Position numbers and translations under genes: made by a program
DNA from: Oscillospiraceae bacterium
GTDB lineage: Bacteria; Bacillota; Clostridia; Oscillospirales; UBA929
NCBI GenBank assembly: GCA_031550325.1
Contig: JAVBOR010000013.1
Location: 27,946-91,945, forward strand
Direction: 5' to 3'
DNA: 64,000 bases
Part shown: piece by piece, positions 55,283-62,700 of the stretch
Position numbering within the stretch: the stretch's first letter is position 1
Layout: each line of letters opens with the position of its first letter
Notes under the pieces: generated by a model
The model's database searches: none
Told to the model about the DNA's origin: nothing
Seen by the model: the letters and a program-made list of their open reading frames with translations, nothing else

Positions 55283-55690
55283 TTGTCAAAGAACCAATGG
55301 TTCTTTGACAGTCTCAGGGCGTTCCCGGAGTAAATCCGGGAACGCCCTGAGACTGTAGACAAACCTTCGATTTGTCTGCAAACGGGAGCAGGAACGCGTC
55401 TTTGTGAAGACGCGCATTGGGTGGCTTTCCCGGAGTGAATCCGTGAAAGCGTAGTGGTTCTAATATTTTTCGCCTGTCAAGCCTCATTCGTCCTCGCGGG
55501 CGGTCGTCCTTCGCCTTGCGGCTTTTGAACCGGTCGCCCCTTTGGGGCGCGTGCGCTTCAAAACGCCTCCAGGCTCCAGGCCTACCTGCTCGGGCGCTCG
55601 GCTCTTCTTATTTCAGTCCAGCAGGGACCCGCCGCCTTCGGCGTCAGGCTCAATGGGAAAGCCGAAAAAGGACGAGGACACCTGCGCGCT
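55283..55690. repeat. mosaic palindromic intergenic repeat, copy E (largest composite copy)
   Basis: Modules: TTGTCAAAGAACC-AAT-GGTTCTTTGACA (55283-55310); 18-bp perfect hairpin (55311-55353); GTAGACAAA..TTTGTCTGC (55354-55380); CGCGTCTT-TGTG-AAGACGCG (55395-55414); GCTTTCCCGGAGTGAATCCGTGAAAGC (55424-55450). The distal module (55614-55680) matches 7131-7204. Confidence 0.85.
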
Positions 55691-55814
55691 GTAACGTCAG
55701 GGCCTGCAAGGCGGCGCTTTGATTCGGATTATATCATCTTATCATTTGTCCGGCCCGAAGACAAGCAGCGCCACGCGTCGGAAGCAAACTGTCGGCGTTT
55801 CACCCAAAAAACGC

Positions 55815-55872
55815 TTGACAAAATTCGGATCGGTTGTATACTATACTTATAAGAATTAATTAACTTAATTAA
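55815..55872 (+). promoter_or_regulatory. sigma-A promoter plus AT-rich palindromic operator in front of the ROK operon
   Basis: TTGACA (55815-55820), 16-nt spacer, TATACT (55837-55842), then TTAATTAA-C-TTAATTAA (55856-55872). Confidence 0.55.
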
Positions 55873-55895
55873 ATATTTTGAGGGAGGCCGTCACC

Positions 55896-57050
55896 ATGGC
55901 TGCCTACATCTCGTCTCACCTGAAGGATATGAACAGGAAAAAGGTTTTTGAAATCTTTCTCCGCGAAAAAGTGATTTCCCGCACCCAAGTTGGCCAGCTG
56001 ACCGGAATCAGCATGCCCACGGTGCTGAAAATATTCAGTTATTTTGAGGAAAAGGGCCTGATTGCCTGCGCCGGGGAGAGTCCGTCGGCCCTGGGACGAA
56101 AGGCCCAGCTGTACCGCCTTAACGCCGAATCGTGTCTGGCGGTCGGCGTGGAGATTGAGGGGGACTATGTCAACGTCGGCATCGTCGACCTTGACGGCAA
56201 GACGATCGCCCTGCGCCAGGAGCGTGCGGCGGACGCCTTCCCCGAGCTGCTGACCGGGCAGGTCCGCCGCATGATTCACGATGTGCGCGAGAGCTGCAGC
56301 GCAAAAAACTGTATCGGCGTCGGCATCGCGCTGCCGGGCATTGTCAATGCCGGCGCGCGGATTATCTCCGACGCGCCCCATATCGGCGTTTTTGAGCCGA
56401 CGCCCTTCGGCCCGGCAGTTCAGGCGCTGCGCTGCGCCATCAACCTGCCGGTTGACGTGGACAACGACGTCAACGCCGCGGCCTACGCCGAATACACGCT
56501 GCGCCGCGAGCAGATTGACAACCTGGTCTACATCTCCTATGGCAGTGGCCTGGGCGCCGGCCTTGTGCTGGACGGCAGGGTCCGCAAAGGCCCGCGATAC
56601 TCCGCCGGAGAGATCGGACAAATGATTTTTGACGAAACGTACACGGCGCACGCGCGGTCGCAGGGCTGGCTGGAGAGCAAGATCTGCTTAAGCGCGCTGG
56701 CGCGCGACTGGGGCTTTGCCGCCGATGACGCCGCGCGCCTGAGCATCGCCGCCACATCGCCGATGCTGCAGTACGCCGCCAATTTGCTGGCCATGTGCAT
56801 GGTGAACATTGTGGTTCAGCTCGACATCCCAACGGTCATTCTGGGAGGGATCGCCTCCCGGCTGCTCGGGCCGGAGTTTGTCGGGGCCGTGCGCGCCTGC
56901 TTTGCGCGCATGCATGAATTTCCCGTGGAGATCTTTCCCCAGACGCTGGAAAACCCCTCTGTCGTTGGGATGGCGCTCCAGGTGTTTCAAAGCCGCGCTC
57001 TGGATATGCTGTCGGAGGACGAGGGCTTGGAGGAAGTTTTGGAAAGCTGA
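55896..57050 (+). CDS. ROK-family transcriptional repressor
   Basis: Trimmed to ATG 55896 (8 nt after GAGGGAGG). N-terminal winged HTH (ISRTQVGQLTGISMPTVLKIFSYFEEKGLI) and ROK sugar-kinase-like body (GVEIEGDYV...GIALPGIV...GSGLGAGLVLDG). Confidence 0.8.
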   Translation: MAAYISSHLKDMNRKKVFEIFLREKVISRTQVGQLTGISMPTVLKIFSYFEEKGLIACAGESPSALGRKAQLYRLNAESCLAVGVEIEGDYVNVGIVDLDGKTIALRQERAADAFPELLTGQVRRMIHDVRESCSAKNCIGVGIALPGIVNAGARIISDAPHIGVFEPTPFGPAVQALRCAINLPVDVDNDVNAAAYAEYTLRREQIDNLVYISYGSGLGAGLVLDGRVRKGPRYSAGEIGQMIFDETYTAHARSQGWLESKICLSALARDWGFAADDAARLSIAATSPMLQYAANLLAMCMVNIVVQLDIPTVILGGIASRLLGPEFVGAVRACFARMHEFPVEIFPQTLENPSVVGMALQVFQSRALDMLSEDEGLEEVLES

Positions 57051-57081
57051 CGGTACGGCAATGCTATTTGAGGAGGAAATT

Positions 57082-58368
57082 ATGGAAAAACAGCTCAAAC
57101 TCACCGTGATTGGCGCGGGCAGCACCTACACGCCCGAAATCATTGAGGGCGTATTGGCCCGTCAGGAGACTCTGCCGATCAAAACAATCTGCTTCATGGA
57201 CATTGACGAGAAAAAAATGGAGATTACCGGCGGGCTGACAAAGCGTATGCTGGCAGCAGCGGGGTACACGGGCAGCTTTTGCACCACGACAAGCATGGAG
57301 CAGGCGGTGGACGGCGCGGACTATGTCATCGCACAAATCCGCGTCGGAGGACTGGCGGCTCGCATCCGGGACGAGAAGATTCCGCTGAAGTATGACCTTA
57401 TCGGCCAGGAGACCACAGGCATCGGCGGCTTTATGAAAGCCATGCGCACGATCGGCCCGATCATGAACCTCGCGCGCGAAATCGAGAAGCGCTGCCCCGA
57501 AGCGTGGTTTATCAACTTTACCAACCCCTCGGGGCTCATTGCCGAGGCGGTTCTCGGGCACACAAAGGCGCGTCTGCTCGGCCTGTGCAACTGCCCGATC
57601 AACATGCTGGCCGACATTGAAAAAACCATGACGCAGGGAAGCCCCTATGAGTACACCTACGTCGGGCTCAATCACCTGAGTTGGATTACCTCTGTCATCG
57701 TCGGCGGAAAGGAACTGATCAGGCCCGGCGCGTTCACGGCCGGAACGGGCATGCGCAACATTCCCGACATCAAGCTGGACCCGGAGCTGCTGCGCGCGGT
57801 CAACGCCATCCCGTCGAGCTACCTGGGCTACTTTTATATGCGGGACGAGCATCTGAAAAAGTGTCAGCGCGCCGAGAAGAGCCGCGGCGAGGAATGTGTG
57901 GAGGTGGAAAAAGCGCTGCTGGAAAGCTACCAAAACCCCAATCTCTCCCAAAAGCCCGAGGAACTGGCCATGCGCGGCGGGGCGCTTTACTCCACGGCGG
58001 CTGTCAGCCTGATCCACTCCATCGAGAACGACACGGGAGACGTTCAGGTGGTCAACACGCGCAACAACGGCGCGCTGCCCTTTATGGACGACAGCGATGT
58101 GGTTGAGGTCAAGGCGGTCATCAACAGCGCAGGCGCAGCGCCTGTGCCGGTGGGGTCGTTTGACAACACCCATATTGTCGGACTCATGCGCGCTGTCAAG
58201 GCGTATGAAAAGTTGGCCGTAGAGGCAGGGCTTGAGGGCGACGCCGACAAGGCGCTCTGCGCGCTGCTGACACACCCCCTGATCGGCGACTTTGAAAAGG
58301 CCAAACCGGCTTTGAAGGAAATGCTTGAGGCCAACAGGGCCTATGTGGGACAGTTTTTTGGGGAGTAG
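57082..58368 (+). CDS. GH4 family NAD/Mn-dependent 6-phospho-glycosidase (CelF/ChbF/LicH-like)
   Basis: Trimmed to ATG 57082 (AGGAGG upstream). LTVIGAGSTYTPE Rossmann start and the GLCNCPINM (C-N-x-P) motif of phospho-sugar-specific GH4 enzymes. 428 aa. Confidence 0.8.
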   Translation: MEKQLKLTVIGAGSTYTPEIIEGVLARQETLPIKTICFMDIDEKKMEITGGLTKRMLAAAGYTGSFCTTTSMEQAVDGADYVIAQIRVGGLAARIRDEKIPLKYDLIGQETTGIGGFMKAMRTIGPIMNLAREIEKRCPEAWFINFTNPSGLIAEAVLGHTKARLLGLCNCPINMLADIEKTMTQGSPYEYTYVGLNHLSWITSVIVGGKELIRPGAFTAGTGMRNIPDIKLDPELLRAVNAIPSSYLGYFYMRDEHLKKCQRAEKSRGEECVEVEKALLESYQNPNLSQKPEELAMRGGALYSTAAVSLIHSIENDTGDVQVVNTRNNGALPFMDDSDVVEVKAVINSAGAAPVPVGSFDNTHIVGLMRAVKAYEKLAVEAGLEGDADKALCALLTHPLIGDFEKAKPALKEMLEANRAYVGQFFGE

Positions 58369-58470
58369 AGGTGAACCCTGAAAAAGCACGCGAATACGAG
58401 GGACGTTTATACGCTGAGGCGGGCGCGGGCGGCTTATCGCCGCCCGCCGCACAGAGAAGGCGGGGAGAGT

Positions 58471-59457
58471 ATGAAACGGTTTGTCATCGGGCTTGACGCA
58501 GGGGGAACCAAGAGCCACCTTGCGCTGTTTGACTTGGAAGGGCGAATCATTGACTTTTTAACCTGGGGCCCATTAAACCACGAGTCGTTGGAGGGTTCTT
58601 TCAGGCAGCTGGAGGAGGAGCTCGGCACGCTGTTGGCGTCAGCGCTCTCCCAAAACGGGCTGCGGATGGAGGAGCTCTTTCGCGGCGTCTTTGGCATGGC
58701 GGGCGCCGATACGGCCAAGCAGCATGAATTAATTTCCGCCATTTTGCGCCGGTGCGGCGTCGCCGAGCCGCTTGTGCTCAACGACGCGTTTTTGCCGATC
58801 AAGGCGGCGTGCCGGAACGGATACGGCGTATGCTCCATCAACGGCACAGGCTGCACGGCGGCCGGCGTTGACGCCAAGGGCAGAATGCTGCAGGTGGGCG
58901 GCTGCGGGGCGCTGACATCCGATATCGGCGGCGGGGGCCAGATCGGTATGTCAATGATCGGCGTCGTGTACAGCTCGCTGTACAAAGGAGGGCCGCAGAC
59001 CGAGATGACGCGGCTTTTGTTCGATTTGCTCGGCGTGTCCCGCGAGGACGAATTTCTGGATACACTGACCGAGGCGATTGAGAACGGCTCGGCCGACGTG
59101 CGCGAGTTCAACAGGCTGGTTTTTCAGGCGGCAAAGATGCAGGACGCGCTTGCGATCGAAATGCTCACCACGATCGGCAGGGACAGCGGGGCAGCGGTGT
59201 GCGGCATCGCCAGCCGGCTGGACTATCCCCTCGATCAGCCGCTGGACGTCGCGATGGCGGGCTCGGTGTTTGTCAAAGGGGATCATCCGGCGCTGACCGA
59301 CGGATTTAAACAGATGATCTCCGAGCGCCTGGCCGGACGGGAGGTTCGCTACACGGTGCTGGACAAGCCTCCGGTCGCTGGGGCCGTCATTTGGGCGCTG
59401 GAGGACGTGCTTGGCCATCGCGCCGCGATGGAGCGCGTTTGCCTCCAATGGGACTGA
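58471..59457 (+). CDS. BadF/BadG/BcrA/BcrD-type ATPase (N-acetylglucosamine-kinase-like sugar kinase)
   Basis: 328 aa. MKRFVIGLDAGGTKSHLALFD phosphate-1 motif and GMAGAD. ASKHA fold family. Confidence 0.7.
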   Translation: MKRFVIGLDAGGTKSHLALFDLEGRIIDFLTWGPLNHESLEGSFRQLEEELGTLLASALSQNGLRMEELFRGVFGMAGADTAKQHELISAILRRCGVAEPLVLNDAFLPIKAACRNGYGVCSINGTGCTAAGVDAKGRMLQVGGCGALTSDIGGGGQIGMSMIGVVYSSLYKGGPQTEMTRLLFDLLGVSREDEFLDTLTEAIENGSADVREFNRLVFQAAKMQDALAIEMLTTIGRDSGAAVCGIASRLDYPLDQPLDVAMAGSVFVKGDHPALTDGFKQMISERLAGREVRYTVLDKPPVAGAVIWALEDVLGHRAAMERVCLQWD

Positions 59458-59536
59458 GCCAGGCTCCGGCGCGCCGCGGGCCCGGGATGCGCGCGGGCCC
59501 GCGTGAACGGCGGGCGCTGGGTCTTCATTGTTGAGG

Positions 59537-59622
59537 TTGACAAATATTCGAGAGTAGGGTATACTATTATTGTACAAAAGGCATGGACTTGTGCGTATGC
59601 AATAATTAATTAGGTTAATTAA
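59537..59622 (+). promoter_or_regulatory. sigma-A promoter plus second copy of the AT-rich operator, in front of the giant gene
   Basis: TTGACA (59537-59542), 17-nt spacer, TATACT (59560-59565), then TTAATTA-GG-TTAATTAA (59606-59622). The operator is 15/17 identical to 55856-55872. Confidence 0.55.
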
Positions 59623-59712
59623 TATTAATGACCTTACATCAGCTGGCTTTACGCTGCATGACACAAGCGCCATTACCAATAAAGAGGATAAACAAGAAAG
59701 GGAGAGTCAAAC

Positions 59713-62700
59713 ATGAAACAAAAGCTCAGCGCCATCCTGTCTCTCGCGCTTGTGCTGACCATGCTCTGCGGGATGATCCCCATGAGCGCGGCAGCCCTGC
59801 CCGCCAACGCGAACTCCGCCGAAACCAAAGGCGGCGAGGCGTTCAACACACCCGAGGAAATTGAGGACATGACTCCGGTCGAACTGGCCATTTCCAAGCT
59901 CAGCGTCGCCTCGCTTGCCGACCGTGAGCCTGTGGTGTACGCGCGCAGACTGTACACCAAGCTGTCCGCCGCGGACAAGGAAAATGTACGCAACTACGCG
60001 CAGTTGCTGGCCGCCGAAGCACAGATTCTGAGGCTGTGGATTCTTGACCTCAACGAAGGCACCGCCGAGGCCCCCGAGATCAGCTTTGGCACCTCCTTTG
60101 GCCTTTGGGTCCTCTTTGAGGAACTGGACGGCATGAACGACACGCAGAAAGCCATTGTCGGCGAGGACGCGATCGAGATCCTCGAGGGGATGCAGGCGTA
60201 CGAGAGCGACGTGCTGTTGCCTGCCTTCAAGGCGGACTACGACCTGGCCAAGGCCGTGGACAAGGCGATCATGGAGATGGATCCGGCCAACACCGATGAG
60301 GTCGCAGCAACCAGAGCCGCCTATGATGGCCTGACAAGCTTTCAGAAGACCATTGTCGTTTACTACGATGTGCTGAAAAAAGCAGAAGGCATTGACGGAG
60401 TTATCCCCGAAAACATCAAGTATGTCGGCACGCGCGCCTCGGGCTACGGCCTGAGCTACTCCAAGGAAGACTGGCAGAGCATTGACGACCAGCTGCAGGG
60501 TTACTTCCCCGATGCGGAGTCTACTTATGTTTGGATTGTGGCGCTGCTCGGCGGCAACAACGGCCCGGCCGGCGGCTGCAACGTCGATGTTGACTTCACC
60601 ACCATCCAGGACGAAGACGGCAAGTACATGGGCAAGACGCAGGCCGAGTGGCTCAGTGAGAACATCGCGTTCCGCGCGCCGAACGCCTCGCAGACTTCCC
60701 AAATTGACTTTTTGAATTATTTTGATGAAAACAACATCAACGTGTATCTGCAGGTCGAATCGGGTTATGCGGACATGAAGACGCTGATGGACATCCTGTA
60801 CGACGTGTACGACATCACCAGTCACAAGAGCGTCAAGGGCTTCGCCATCGACGTCGAGTGGTATTATGGCGTCACCGAGGACTCGGGCATTCCCGTGACA
60901 GACGCGATGGCGCAGAGCTGGAACGAATACCTGTACAGCACCTGGGGCGCCGGCTATAAACTCGTTTTAAAGCACTACGGCCTGACCTGGCTGCCACCCG
61001 CGTACCGCGGCGGCGAGACCGGCGAGGGCTATCTGCCCAGCGAGAAGATTATCTTCTGTGACGACAGCCAGAGCTTCGGCTCGATGGACGGTCTTGTCGG
61101 CGGCGTGTACGACGAAAACGACGTCCGCGACGGCTACCGCCCCGGCTTTGCTCCGGAGTTCCGCATTTTTGCCGACTACTTCCCGGAAAACGAGATCATC
61201 TATCAAATCGGCTACCAGCCCGACCGCCAGTGGTTCTATAACTTTGGCGACCCGGTCATCAAGAACTTTGCCGTGAAGATGGCCGAGGCAACCAACCCGA
61301 ACCAGAATATTGGCATCGCGTGGGTGAACTTCTCGATCAAAGATCCGCTGACCTTCCCGCAGATGCTGAAGACCGACGCCGAGAAAGCCAGCGCGGTCAA
61401 CGGCCTTTTGAACTACCTGTCGGCCACCGGCTCGAACAACCTCGTCGGCCGCCGCCTTACGGGCGACCGTCAGCCGGCGGTGCTGGGCGACGCTTTGTTT
61501 GTCACGCGTGTGCGTCAGCTTTACGACGCGCTGACCGAGGACCAGAAGGCGCGCCTCACGGCCAGCCGCGTGACCAGACTTCTGACGGTTGAGCCCGTTG
61601 CGCTCGACGTGCGCATCGACCTGCAGATTCCCGCCATTGAGGATCTGCGCAAGAAGGATACCGGCGCTGTCTCGGAAGTCTGGGCCATTTATCTGGCGCT
61701 GACTGAAGACCAGAAAGCCGCCGTCCAAAACATCGAAAAGCTTTTGGCCGCCCGTGAGCGCATTGAGCAGCTCAACAACGAGATTGACGACATGAGCGCT
61801 GTTGAGCAGGCCATCGACAACCTTTCGGTCACCTCCGTCGCCGACCGCGAGGCCGTGGTGCGCGCGCGCAGGCTGTACACCAAGCTGTCCAGCGCGGACA
61901 AGGAAAATGTGCGCAACTACAGCAAGCTTCTGACTGCCGAGGCGCGGATGCTTAAGCTGTGGATCCTCGACCTGAACGAGGGCACCATGGAGGCCCCGGC
62001 GATCTCCTTTGAAATGTCGCAGGGTCTGTGGGCGCTGGCCGACCAGCTGAGCGGCATGAGCGACACGCAGAAGGCCATTATCGGCGCCGAAAGCATCGCG
62101 CTGCTGGGCAAGCTGCAGGAACTCCGCGCCGGACACCTGCAAAACTTCAAGGCCCAGTACAATCTGGCCAAGGCCGTTGACAAGGTCATCCTGGCCATGG
62201 ACCCGGCCAATCCCGAAGAGGTCGCGGCTGCCAGAGCCGCCTATGAGGGCCTGACGAGCTTCCAGAAGACCGCCGTTCTGTACTATGAAGTGCTGAAAAA
62301 GGCCGAGGGCATCAACGATCTGATCCCGGCCAACCTCAAGTACATCGGCACGCGCGCCTCGGGCTACGGCCTGAGTTACTCCAAGGAGGACTGGCAGAGC
62401 ATTGACGACCAGCTGCAGGGCTACGCGCCCGACGCGGAGTCGGCTTATGTCTGGATTGTGGCTCTGCTCGGCGGCAACAACGGCCCTCTCGGCGGCTGCA
62501 ACATCGACGTCGACTTTGCCACCATCCAGGACGAAGACGGCAAGTACATGGGCAAGACGCAGGCCGAGTGGCTCAGCGAGAACATTTCGTTCCGCGCGCC
62601 AAACGCCTCGCAGACTTCCCAAATTGACTTTTTGAATTACTTTGACGAAAACAACATCAACGTGTATCTGCAGGTCGAATCGGGCTTCGCGGATATGAAG

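Noticed and set aside
54414-55289. 291-aa minus-strand ORF with long Ala/Ser runs
   Set aside because: Its start lies inside the palindromic repeat (55283-55310). Its Ala/Ser-rich middle is simply the antisense reading of the GGC/TGC repeat of the plus-strand gene, which has a strong RBS. Only its last 81 codons, which have their own RBS and GTG at 54659, look like a real gene.
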